From assembly GCA_963824995.1 (NCBI GenBank), contig CAWGRK010000003.1, forward strand, positions 1 to 64,000: a stretch of DNA of 64,000 nt, written 5' to 3'. The translations under genes and the position numbers were made by a program. The stretch is from an uncultured Actinomycetes bacterium (lineage in GTDB: Bacteria > Actinomycetota > Acidimicrobiia > Spongiisociales > DATADW01). Below are positions 44,388 through 54,900 of the stretch, piece after piece (position 1 is the stretch's first letter; every line of letters starts with the position of its first letter). The notes below the pieces were generated by a model. It ran no database searches, was not told the DNA's origin, and saw nothing but the letters and a program-made list of their open reading frames with translations.

Positions 44388-45561
44388 CAGGCATCACCTC
44401 TTGTCGATGCCAGCCACACCCCGGTGATGGTGGGACGAAGCGTGTGGTTTACAACTCCTTCCAGGTCGGCGGTGAGCGCATCCAGTTCCATCTGGTCGCG
44501 CAGGCGCGCCGAGAACCCGGCCACGACCTGCACACTGTCGTAGCGCGCCCTGTCGAAGCGGCGGTCCACCCACCCCTGGACCCGCCGTCGCAACCGGGGT
44601 GAAGAGCGCGGCCGCCGCCAGGGTGGCTCCCGCGACCGCCAACGGATTGTCCCGACCGACGACAGCGCCGAGCGCAGCTATCCCCCCGAGATACGCGCCG
44701 GCGACGATCACGGCCACGATCGCGTAGGCCAGAGTCCGAGTGATGAGCCGATCGATCTCGTACAGACCGAGGCGCGTCACAGCCACGAACAGCGTGCCGC
44801 CAATCGAGGATGACGAAGCCGATGTTGATGAAAGAGGACAGCAGGGGCGGTATGTCGCCGGGGATGGACACGGCGAAGAAGATCACCGCGACGACGCCGA
44901 CCCAGGCAAACCACTTGATCTGCTGGCGCTGCACCGTACCGGCGCGCCGAAAGCGGAAAATGAGCGAGGTGACCCCGATCAACGAGGCGACGGGGATGGC
45001 GTTGAAGACGATCGGTGCTAGCGCTTCTGCGATGGGCATGAAGCTGGCGATTCCCAGCGGGTTGTTCAAACCAGGTAATAGCTCTTCGTCCACCGGTCCC
45101 GAGGCAAAGGCGCTGATCAAGAACGTGAGCCCAACCAGCGTCCAGAGCAGCCATAACAGAGGGCGCCACCGAGGAGATGCCGGCCGACCGTCTGGATAGA
45201 GCGCTAGGAGGAAGGGGATCGAATAGGGCCCTGGGATCCACACCCAGAGGGAGCACCACCCCGCCACCAAGGTCACCCAATGATCGGGCCCCAAATTGGT
45301 CAGGCCATAGTGGGCGAGGTCCGAGAGCAGTGCTTCCAGTGGGAAAACCAGACCGGGTATGAGGGCCAGCCATGCCACTGCGTTGGTTGGCTGACGACGC
45401 GCGATGAGGAAGCCGAACGTCCCGAGGATGACGAATGCGAACAGTTCGACCGCTTCGAGCACCGGGCTGGCACCCGCCGATGGCGCATACGCGCCGTAGA
45501 CAACGGCTGCCAACCAGGAGACGATGCTCGCCAGCCAGACGACCAGGGCTGCCCGTCTCAC
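44387..45561 (-). CDS. Array membrane receptor paralog 6, frameshifted
   Basis: VRRAALVVWL...QPTNAVAW...YPDGRP...QRQQIKW...LYEIDRLITRT...TLRPTITGVWLASTRGDA*. Confidence 0.82.
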
Positions 45562-46735
45562 GAGCTCCTCTCCGACCAGCACCACCGACATCGTGGCCGG
45601 GCGCAGCGTCGAGCCGACGATTGTCGTGAGGTCAGTGGTCAATCCCTCCAGATCCACCTCGTCGCGTAGCCGGGCCGAAAACCCTTCCGCCACGCGGACA
45701 GCGTCGTAGCGGCCCCGGTCGAAGCGGCGATCCACCCAACGTTGCACCCGGCGGCGTAGCGGGTTGAACAACGCCGCCGCCGCCAGGGTCGCCCCGGCCA
45801 CCGCCAGCGGGTTCTCACTCCCGACGAGCGCTCCCAGCGCCGCCACCCCACCTAGGTACACCAGGGCGAGCAGCACGGCCACCACGGTGTAGCTCACGGT
45901 ACGACGGACGAGGCGGTCAATCTCGTAAAGGCGGTAGCGGAGCACCGCGATCCCGATGGCAATCGGGAAAACCAGCACGGCCAGAACGAAACTGGCATTC
46001 TCGACCGCATCCGGCACGTCGACACCGAAGGCCACCGCAATCTCCTGTGACACGATCGCGACCGCCACCAGCGCCATCGCGAACGTGAGCCAGGAGAGCT
46101 GCTTCCGTTCGACACCCGAGGCTTTGCGGAACCTGACCACCAGTGAGGCCGACGCCAAGACAACGCCAGCAAGGATGCCGAAGATGACCATTGTCTCCGC
46201 CAAAGAGCCCTCGGAATAGTCGGGCGCCATCCCCACGCCAAGCGGGTTCGAGATCACCCCGTTCAGGGTGGGCTGAACGAGCGCGAGCGCGGTGTGGCAC
46301 ACGACAACTCCCAATGCCCCCCACCCGACCCAGGCCCATCCGGGAGTGGGTGGCCGACCGGTCGGGAAGAGCAGCGGGAGGATGACCACGGTGCAGACGA
46401 CGGCAGCGATGAAGAAGATGTCGCTCACCAGGAATCCGGCGACTGCCAGGCCGGTCGATCCACCGGTCGAGGCTCGCTCGGCGATAGGACTCCCCACCGC
46501 GCTCGATGAGAGCGATCGCTCCGATCGCCACCATCACCCAGCCGACGCGGTTCCCGCCGGTCCGCCAGACGATGGTGGCTCCCACCAGTGACATGGCCAG
46601 GAAGGCTGCCGCCAGCGGGTCGAGGCCTTCCCAAGTATCACTTGTCCCCGCGGGCAAGAACCCGTAGGCGATTACCCCCGCCAGAGTCGCCCCGAAGAGA
46701 GACCACGCCAGGACCGTCTGCGTCCGAGGCTTCAT
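45558..46735 (-). CDS. Array membrane receptor paralog 5, frameshifted
   Basis: MKPRTQTVLAW...GGNRVGW...LLFPTGRP...ERKQLSW...YRLYEIDRL...TLRPATMSVVL. Confidence 0.82.
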
Positions 46736-47908
46736 GACCCCTCCCCGGCCAGCCACATCGATACGCCGGCCGGGCGGAGGGTCTCGCCCACAATTCGGGT
46801 GAGACCGCCCGTGAGTCCTTCGAGGTCCACCTCGTCGCGTAGCCGTTCCGAGAAAGCGGAAACTACCTGCGAAGTGTCGTAGCGGGTCCGATCGAATCGG
46901 CGATCCACCCACCCCTGAACCCGCCGGCGGACAGGAGTGAAAAGCGCTGCCGCTGCCAGAGTCGCACCTGCCACGGCCAATGGGTTATCGCTCCCGACAA
47001 CCGCTCCGAGGGCCGCCACTCCTCCCAGATCGACCGCGGCGAGGACCGCAGCAACCAATCCGTAGCTCACCGTCCGGCTTATCAACCGGTCGATGTCGTA
47101 CAGCCGATACCGGAATATTGCGACCGCCATTGCCGCAGGGAGCAATACACCGGCAACGGCCTCGTTTATCTGGTCGAGCACGCCAGGAAGGTCGATGGCC
47201 CAGGATGGGAGACTGAACACTGCCGCCAAGGCGAGCCACTTGATCTGCCTTCGCTCGACCCCGGAGGCTTTTCGGTAGCGGAGCAGCACGGACAGGACGC
47301 CCAGGGGCACTCCGGCAAAGAGCACTATCAAGAGCACGCTCCCCGCCGGCTCGAGAGCTTGAGCGGATGTCTTGCTCACCACGCCGCTCCATGTGGCCGG
47401 AAAAGTGCCGCTTTCAGCTGGGAGCATCCAGATTCGCCGCCGCCATCAGCCCCACGGCGATGGAAGTCGTCCAGGCCACGATTCGCCAGAATGTTGAGGA
47501 GAGTCTGCCGTCGGGGAAAAGGAGCAAGACGAGACCTATCAGCCATAACGAGGAGAGGAAGCCGTAGTCGCCGATCAGACCGAGCAGCCCCGTAGATAGC
47601 GGTCCCGTCTGCCCGGAGGCGAGCAGGAAAACCCCGTAGTCACGGCATGCCGATTGCATTATCTGGGCAAATCCCAGACCCAACCAAGCCCATCCGTACC
47701 CCTTGTCTGGGAAACGGGTCACCAGCAGCCAGCCGACTGCAGCAATAGCGAGCCCGCTCGGGTACGAGGCGAGCCGGGTCGCCCAAGGGGCGACGTCGGC
47801 GAGTGCCGGGAAGTTCCGGCTAGCCAAGGCCGACCAGATCCCTACCAGTGCAATTGCCACCGTCACCAGGGCCACGATCGTGGCGCTCGCGGCGAAGCGA
47901 CGTCTCAT
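46732..47908 (-). CDS. Array membrane receptor paralog 4, frameshifted
   Basis: MRRRFAASA...LLFPDGRL...ERRQIKW...YRLYDIDRL...TLRPAGVSMWLAGEGS*. Confidence 0.82.
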
Positions 47909-49065
47909 GTCCGCTCCCCCACAAGCACCAAGGAGACGGCGGCCGGTCGGAGGGTGTCGCCGACGAGTCGGGTGAGGTCTCCAGTGAGACCTTGGAGATC
48001 AACCTCGTCGCGGAGCCTCGCCGAGAACTCCTCGACGACCTTGTGGGCGTCGTATCGGGTTCGATCGAACCGACGGTCCACCCATTGCTGGATCCGGCGC
48101 CTCAACGGGTTGAACAGAGCGGCCGCAGCCAGAGTGGCGGCGGCAACTGCCAGCGGGTTGGTCCTTCCCAAAACTGTCCCCACCAGCGCAACGGACGCCA
48201 GGTAGACCCCGGCAAGCACCGCGGCCACCAACGTGTAGCCGGCCGTCCTCCTGATCAATCGATCGATGTCGTAGAGGTGGTAGCGGAAGACGGCAACGGC
48301 GATCGAGACCGGAAGCAGGACGAGGCCGAGGAAGAGGAGCTCGGCGATCACACTTCCCTGTGCGGTGAACTCGGCGACGATGCCCGCTGCGACGACCGCC
48401 ACCGCCAACAGGAACCACTTGACCTGGGCCTGCTCGACACCCCGTGAACGGCGAAATCGCACGATCACAGATCCGAGAGCCGCCACCGCCCCGAAGAGCA
48501 TCATTGGTACACCCACCGTGTTCAGCACAGCGAGGATCGGGCTCGTCGGCTGGAGTTCGTCGCCGGTGAAGAGCTGGACCGGCGACAACTCGAGGGCGGC
48601 AGGCAGCCCGGCAACTGCGACGAACACGAACCCCGTGACACCGACCCATGCGATCCAACGCCACCGGGGTGTCGGAGGCCGGCCGTTGGGGAACAGGAGC
48701 GGGAGCAGGCAGGTCAGGACGGTCACCCAGCCGAAGAAACCGACGCCGCCAAGCCAGTAGAAGATCTGCGGCCATGGTGCCGCCACCCCAGCCGTGGCCA
48801 GGGCCTCCATGATCTCGTCGGCTAAGACGTTGAGCGCGGCGAGAAGCCCAACGAGAGCAACCAGCCAACCGACAGGCTCCTCGGGACGGCGCGCGACCAG
48901 AACGGCTCCCGTCAGCGTGAACGAGACCAGCATCCAGCCAAAGACCAGCACCTCGGAGGAAAAGCCCTCATCCCCGGTGGCGAAGAGGACGAATGCCGCG
49001 ATCCCGCTCACGACCGAGATCCCCGCCATGACCAAGCCCCAGCGACGACGCACGGCGGGGCTCAC
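47905..49065 (-). CDS. Array membrane receptor paralog 3, intact (386 aa)
   Basis: RRPEEPVGW, LLFPNGRPPTPRWR, EQAQVKW, YHLYDIDRL, TLRPAAVSLVL. Confidence 0.9.
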   Translation of the reverse strand: MSPAVRRRWGLVMAGISVVSGIAAFVLFATGDEGFSSEVLVFGWMLVSFTLTGAVLVARRPEEPVGWLVALVGLLAALNVLADEIMEALATAGVAAPWPQIFYWLGGVGFFGWVTVLTCLLPLLFPNGRPPTPRWRWIAWVGVTGFVFVAVAGLPAALELSPVQLFTGDELQPTSPILAVLNTVGVPMMLFGAVAALGSVIVRFRRSRGVEQAQVKWFLLAVAVVAAGIVAEFTAQGSVIAELLFLGLVLLPVSIAVAVFRYHLYDIDRLIRRTAGYTLVAAVLAGVYLASVALVGTVLGRTNPLAVAAATLAAAALFNPLRRRIQQWVDRRFDRTRYDAHKVVEEFSARLRDEVDLQGLTGDLTRLVGDTLRPAAVSLVLVGERT

Positions 49066-50210
49066 CTGCTCGACTTCCCGAACAGGACCACACCGGCGGA
49101 AACCGGGCGAAGCGTGGCTGCCACGACCCCTGTCAGTCCCGTGGTCAGTCCGTCGAGATCGACCTCGTCACGCAGTCGAGCCGAAAACCCCTCGACGACT
49201 TGCCCCGTGTCGTAACGAGCCCGGTCGAAGCGGTGATCGACCCATGCCTGAACTCGGCGCCGAACCGGGTTGAACAAGGCCGCGGCGACCAATGTGGCGC
49301 CGGCTACTGCGAGCGGGCTTGTTCGCCCCACCAAAGCCCCGATGGCGGCGATGCCGCCGAGATACATCGCCGCAAGGAGCACGGCAACAAGTGTGTAGGT
49401 CACCGTCCGTCGGACCAACTGGCCAATGTCGTACAAGCGGTAGCGGAGCACGGCTATCCCAATCGCAACCGGGAAGACGGACACTGCGAACACGAAAGAG
49501 GAATTCCCAACCCAATCCGGTATCTCGAGACCCAAGATGGGCGCAAGCTCTTGGGCGACGAGCGTGACCGCGATCATTGCCACCGCGTACGTCAGCCAGG
49601 CGACCTGCTTGCGCTCGACGCCTGTAGAGTGCCGGAACCTGACCACGAGACTCGCCGCGGCGAGGACCATGCACGCCAGCAGGACGACGATCACGGCCGT
49701 CCCGATGGCCGAGTCCTCGGCTCCCGGGGCTCCGGCGACCCCGAGCGGGTTGGGGACCCCGTCTGCCACGGTGGGCTGGATCACTACGAGCACCGCGTTC
49801 ACCACTACGGCGCCCACGGCCGCCCACGCAACCCAACCCGAGCGGGGAGTCGGGAGGCGCCCATTAGGAAAGAGGAGGGGGAGGAACACGAAGGTCCCGG
49901 CGAGGGTGGCGAAGAACATCGAATCGGAAAACAGCGAACCGAGCACCAACGACCACTCGGGCACATCGCTCCGATCGGCGAGGATTCCTGTCAACGCGCT
50001 CGACACCGCGATCAACCCGATGCCGACCATGACCCATCCCACGGGGTTGCCCCCGGTGCGCGAAACGATCACCGCCCCAACGAGCGCCATGGCGAGGTAC
50101 GGGATCGAGAGCGAGTCGAAGGCGTGCTGAGCGATTTGGTTAATTACGACGCCGGCCAGGATCAAGACGAAGATCGACCACGCCACCACTGACTGGGTGC
50201 GCCGGTTCAT
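49062..50210 (-). CDS. Array membrane receptor paralog 2, intact (382 aa)
   Basis: GGNPVGW, LLFPNGRL, ERKQVAW, YRLYDIG, TLRPVSAGVVL. Confidence 0.9.
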   Translation of the reverse strand: MNRRTQSVVAWSIFVLILAGVVINQIAQHAFDSLSIPYLAMALVGAVIVSRTGGNPVGWVMVGIGLIAVSSALTGILADRSDVPEWSLVLGSLFSDSMFFATLAGTFVFLPLLFPNGRLPTPRSGWVAWAAVGAVVVNAVLVVIQPTVADGVPNPLGVAGAPGAEDSAIGTAVIVVLLACMVLAAASLVVRFRHSTGVERKQVAWLTYAVAMIAVTLVAQELAPILGLEIPDWVGNSSFVFAVSVFPVAIGIAVLRYRLYDIGQLVRRTVTYTLVAVLLAAMYLGGIAAIGALVGRTSPLAVAGATLVAAALFNPVRRRVQAWVDHRFDRARYDTGQVVEGFSARLRDEVDLDGLTTGLTGVVAATLRPVSAGVVLFGKSSR

Positions 50211-51355
50211 CGTTCATCCATGAGCCAGAGCGACGCCCCCTTCGGGCGGAGGGTGACGTTGACCACGCGCGTCAATTCCGAGCTGAGTCCTAGAAGGTCG
50301 ACCTCGTCGCGTAGCTTGGCGGTGAACCCCTCGACCACCCTCTGGGCGTCGTACTTCGACCGGGAGAAGCGCCGGTCAACCCACCCCTGCACCCGCCGTC
50401 GCACCGGTGTGAACAGCGCGGCAGCGGCGAGGGTGGCCGCCGCAACCGCAAGCGGGTTCTCACTCCCGACCAGAGCGCCCAAGGCGGCGACGCCACCGAG
50501 GTACACCGCCGCCAGCGCCACCACGACTACGGCGTAGGTGACGGTGCGATTGACTATCCGGTCTATCTCGTAGAGCCGATAGCGGAAGATTGCTATTCCG
50601 ATCGCGACGGGGAGCAACAGGTACGAAACGCCGTAGAGGATGCTCTCGAGGGTCTCGTTCAGCTCCAGCAGGTCGAGGGTTCCGACCACCACGATGAACA
50701 CGGCTGCGGCGTAGAGCAGCCACCCGATCTGCCGGCGCTCGAGCCCACCAGATCGGACAAATCGCACGACGAGGGAGATCACCGAGACCACCCCGACGAC
50801 GAGGAATCCGGTGAGGAGAGCAGGGCCGATCGCCAAACCGATATCGACCAGCAATGGTATGGCGATCGGGTTGGCGAAGTCGGGCTCCACCTGACCGAAG
50901 GCGCTCAGTATCACGAATAGCCCGCCGACCGCGACGGTGACCCTCACCACCCAACGCCAGCCAGGACTCGGGGGTCGGCCCGTCGGGTAGAGCAGGAACA
51001 GCAGTCGGGATCAGGGCCAATCCGGCGTTCCAACCCCAGAGGAGAACCAACGACCGATCACGGCGCCCGGTCGGCCGGTCGTCGCCCACATCACTCCTGC
51101 GACGCTGAGCCAGACAAAGAGCCCGTCGAGCAGAAGCAGCCAACCCACCGGATTGCCCCGCCGTATCACGATCAGGGATCCGACTGTGCTGAGGGCGAGA
51201 AAGGCGATCCCGATGTCAGTCCCCTCGAGGTCGGGGATCCTGTCCCGACAGTTGCATGACGGCAACGAGGGCAAAACAGGGACGACCAGCGCAAGGATCG
51301 CCATCGCCAGCACCCGGAGCGGGCGCGACGGAATAGCCCACTCCCTCTCCGTCAT
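50207..51355 (-). CDS. Array membrane receptor paralog 1 (first), frameshifted
   Basis: MTEREWAIPS...RGNPVGW...YPTGRP...ERRQIGW...YRLYEIDRIVNRT...TLRPKGASLWLMDER*. Confidence 0.82.
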
Positions 51356-51402
51356 CTCTTCACCGCGCCGTACCACTCGATCTCCTGGCTGCGGTCAGCG
51401 TC

Positions 51403-51435
51403 AGGGTCCCCTACTCCCGTGACGGTGCCGTTACG
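51403..51435 (-). promoter_or_regulatory. SARP-type direct-repeat promoter (box 1) heading the receptor array
   Basis: Minus strand CGTAACG-gcac-CGTCACG-N9-GACCCT. Confidence 0.68.
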
Positions 51436-51670
51436 ACAATCAGGCCCAAGACCGATCGGCCCGGGCCCGTAATCGTTGAAATGTCGTTCTGCGAGCGCCG
51501 GACTCTCGCGTTGGTGCTCGAGCGGGGCGCTCCCAAGGCATCATCGGCACCGGGGACGAAGCAAATGAAGCGTCTAGTTGCCAGCACCGTCAGAGATCAA
51601 CCGAGGTCGACCCTCCTGGGCGGTGATCACGCCCCGAAATATCGAGCCATCGTTACGATCTCGGCTCGGG

Positions 51671-54513
51671 ATGGGAGATCGTCACGCCATTGGTCAAGAC
51701 TCCGTTGCACTCGAGGTGCATCTGCTCGGACCGCCCGAGATCTTGGTCGACGGCCACCCGATGAAGGTCGACACGCGCAAGGCGGTGGCTCTGCTCGCCT
51801 ACCTCGCCGTCACCGGCACCCCGCACAACCGCGATGTCCTTGCGACCCTGCTCTGGCCGGGGGACGATCCAGACCGGGCGAGAGGCAGCCTGCGTCGCAC
51901 CCTCTCCACATTGAGGTCGGGGCTTGCCGACCGATGGGTCCGAGCTGACAGGGAGTGGGTCTCGTTCGACCCGAACACCGAGGTGTTCGTCGACATCGAC
52001 TACGTCGGGGACCGCCTCGCAGAGATCGAGGAGCACGGACATCCTGCAACGCGAGGTGTGCGCTCGGTGTGTCCCCATCCTGACCGATGCGGCGACGCCT
52101 GCATCGTGGCGACTTCCTCGCCGGATTCTCGTTGCGAGACAGCCCGGACTGGGATGACTGGCAGTCGGCCCAGGCAGAGATGCACCGCCGAAGCCTTGGC
52201 GGGATCCTGGAGCGGCTCGCCATCGGGCAGGCGGCCGCAGGCATGTACCGCCAGGCGATAGACGCCGCCGAGCGCTGGCTCTCGCTCGACCCGCTCGACG
52301 AGGCGGCACACCGTCAGTTGATGCTGCTCTATGCGTGGGCAGGGGATCGCGCCTCGGCCCTGGAGCAGTACCTCAAGGCGGTTCGGATCCTCGACGAGGA
52401 GTTGGGGGTACCGCCGCTGCCCGAGACCACCGAGCTCAACGACGCCATCCTCGAAGACGACATCCCTCCGGCACCCTCAGCGGGACGAAGGGTGACCGCC
52501 GCTCCGCACCAGCCCCGGCTGCCGGTCGAGAGCCCGATGATCCCGTTGGTGGGAAGAGAATCGGATCTGATCCTCATCAACGGGGCGATGACGCCGGGCG
52601 CGGTGCTCGCCATCGAGGGAGAGGCGGGCATCGGCAAGACCAGGCTCCTCGAGGAACTTGTCACCTCCCTCGACGAGCCGGTCCTCGTCCAGGCCTATCA
52701 AGGGGAGGCCGGACTGGCTTATGGCTTGATTCGTGAGGCGATCGAGCATGCCGTGCGCGCCGGGGGTGAAGCGCGACTCGCCGGAGTCTCGCCCGACGCC
52801 CTCGGCCAAGCAGCGCGTCTCTTTCCCGACCTGGCCCCGGTGCCGCTCCCGCCATTGGACACCGACGCCGCCGCTGCTCGCACTCGGCTGTTCGACGGTG
52901 TGTCGCGAACCCTCGCCGCCCTCTGCGGAGCGAGGGCACTGGTGATCGATGATGTCCATTGGGCGGACGAAGCCTCGATCGAACTTCTCTCTTATCTCGT
53001 GCGGCGGCTCCACCGGCTTGAGATGACACTCGTCGTCACCTGGCGCACCGAGGAGTTCCCCCCCGGACATGGGCTGCGGAGGGTCGTGGCCGCCGCTCAC
53101 CGACAGGGTGGTGGCGTGCTGGTCAAACTCGATCGTCTCGACTCCGCAGCAGTGGCGCAGCTCGCATCGGCGTTTCTCGGCGATGACGTCGATCCGGGAA
53201 TCGTGGACATCGTCTTCGCCGAGACCGAGGGGCTCCCGTTCTTCGTGGTCGAGTACCTGACCTCGATCAAGGAAGGTCGGCCGGAATCGATCGACGTCCC
53301 CGACCTCCTCGACGCGAGGCTCTCCGGGCTGAGCGACATCGCCCGGCAGGTTGCGTCGGCTGCGGCGGTGATCGGACGGTCGTTCGATGTCGAGTCACTT
53401 CGCGCCGTCTGTGGTCGGAGTGACGACGAGGTCGTCACCTCTCTTGAAGAATTGCTGCGACGGGGGGTGGTGAGGGAGCCGGCAGGTGTGGCGTCCGGCT
53501 ATGACTTCTCCCACGAGTTGCTCCGGCGTCATGTGCTGGCGTCGACGTCCCTGGCGAGGCGCCGCCTGCTACACCAAAGGACGGCTGACGTGCTCGTCGG
53601 GCGCCACCGTCGAGATACAGAGGCGATGGCGGCGCAGATCGGATTTCACCTCGAGGCGGCCGGCAACGATCTGGAAGCGGCGGATCAGTACGCCTTGGCC
53701 GCGGGTCGGGCAGCGGCGCTGTATGCCAACCGCGAGGCGCTCGACCTGTACCAACGATCTTTGGCGTTGGGGCATCAGGATCCGGCAGCGCTCCACGCAG
53801 CCATCGGCGACCTCGAGGCGCTTGCAGGGGCATACGGCTCGGCGGTGAGCTCGTACCAGACCGCAATCGCCCTGGGCGGACCATCGGCGCGGGGTGAGCG
53901 GCGGCTGGCTCAGGTGTACTCCTATCTAGGGGCCTGGGAGGTGGCGGAGGCCCACATGCTTCAAGCCGAGAAGCTGCTGGCTCCTGACGATCCGGAGCTG
54001 ATGACGGCGGCGGTGGAGCACGCTTTGATCGCCCACAGGAGCGGAGACGACGAGCGTGCCGGGGAACTGGCGGGAGCAGCCTTGGAAGCGGCCGACGCCG
54101 CCGCCGGTCCCGGCGACCGGGCACGGGTCAACAACCTGCTCGGGATCCTCCGTCGGAACGACGACCCCGAGCTTGCCCTCGAATACCTCACGACCGCCCG
54201 TGAACTGGCGGTCGAATCAGAGGACCCCGGTCTGCTTGCCGGCGTCCTCAACAACCTGGCGCTGGCATATCTCGCCGATGGTGAAGCGGAGAAGGGCATA
54301 GAGGCGGCCGAGCAGGCGCTCGACGTGTACCGACGAATAGGGGACCGCCACCGTGAGGCGGCCGTTCACAACAACCTCGCCGACATGTTGCACAAGACAG
54401 GACGAGGCGAGGCGGCCATGGCCCACCTCAAACAGGCAGTGGCGATCTTCGCCGAGGTCGGCACCGAGCCCGGTGCCTACGAGCCGGCAGTGTGGAAACT
54501 CGCCGAGCTATAG
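51671..54513 (+). CDS. SARP/BTAD transcriptional activator with AAA ATPase and TPR repeats, frameshifted near 52040-52100
   Basis: HLLGPP..RKAVALLAYL (wHTH); RGDFLAGF..DPLDEAAHRQLM (BTAD); GEAGIGKT, DDVHWAD (ATPase); NNLA TPRs. Confidence 0.9.
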
Positions 54514-54519
54514 AACCCC

Positions 54520-54564
54520 TTTGGCGTCACTCAACGCGGTCCCGGCCCCAGAAGTGACGCCAAA
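54520..54564. terminator. 12-bp inverted repeat between convergent genes (possible bidirectional terminator)
   Basis: tttggcgtcact-N21-agtgacgccaaa. Confidence 0.5.
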
Positions 54565-54569
54565 ACGGA

Positions 54570-54851
54570 TCACTTTCCCTTGCGAAGTGCGCTGATCAGT
54601 TCCTTCTTGTTCATCGAGGAACGGCCCGGGACCCCGACCTTCTTGGCTCGGGCATAAAGCTGGTCCTTGGTCATGTCGGCGTAGTTCTTGGCCTTGCCGC
54701 CTCGCTTGCCGGCTACCGATGCCGGCGTGTTGGCGATCCGGGCGGCCTTCTTCTTGCTCATCCCCTGTTTGCGCAGAGCCTCGTACCGTCGGTCGTCTTG
54801 AATCGTCGGCCCGTGGTTCTTGGCCTTACCCTTACCTTTGCCCTTGGGAAT
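54570..54851 (-). CDS. Small basic protein with a Rho termination factor N-terminal-like domain
   Basis: HGPTIQDDRRYEALRKQGMSKKKAARIAN...TKDQLYARAKKVGVPGRSSMNKKELISAL; AGGAGG RBS precedes an in-frame ATT at 54851. Confidence 0.8.
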   Translation of the reverse strand: MPKGKGKGKAKNHGPTIQDDRRYEALRKQGMSKKKAARIANTPASVAGKRGGKAKNYADMTKDQLYARAKKVGVPGRSSMNKKELISALRKGK

Positions 54852-54900
54852 CCGGTCACCTCCTCGTGGTGCCTGCTCAGATACCCCCCACCGGTTCGGG

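Noticed and set aside
44449..46497. 682-aa ORF that looks like a fused double receptor
   Set aside because: Removing one base before 45561 gives ...GESS* with a GTGA overlap like the other junctions, so it is most likely two genes.
37868..51355. Array as a CRISPR, integron, shufflon or DGR cassette system
   Set aside because: No recombinase, integrase, reverse transcriptase, attC-like sites or identical repeats; the similarity is protein-level paralogy and the genes overlap directly.
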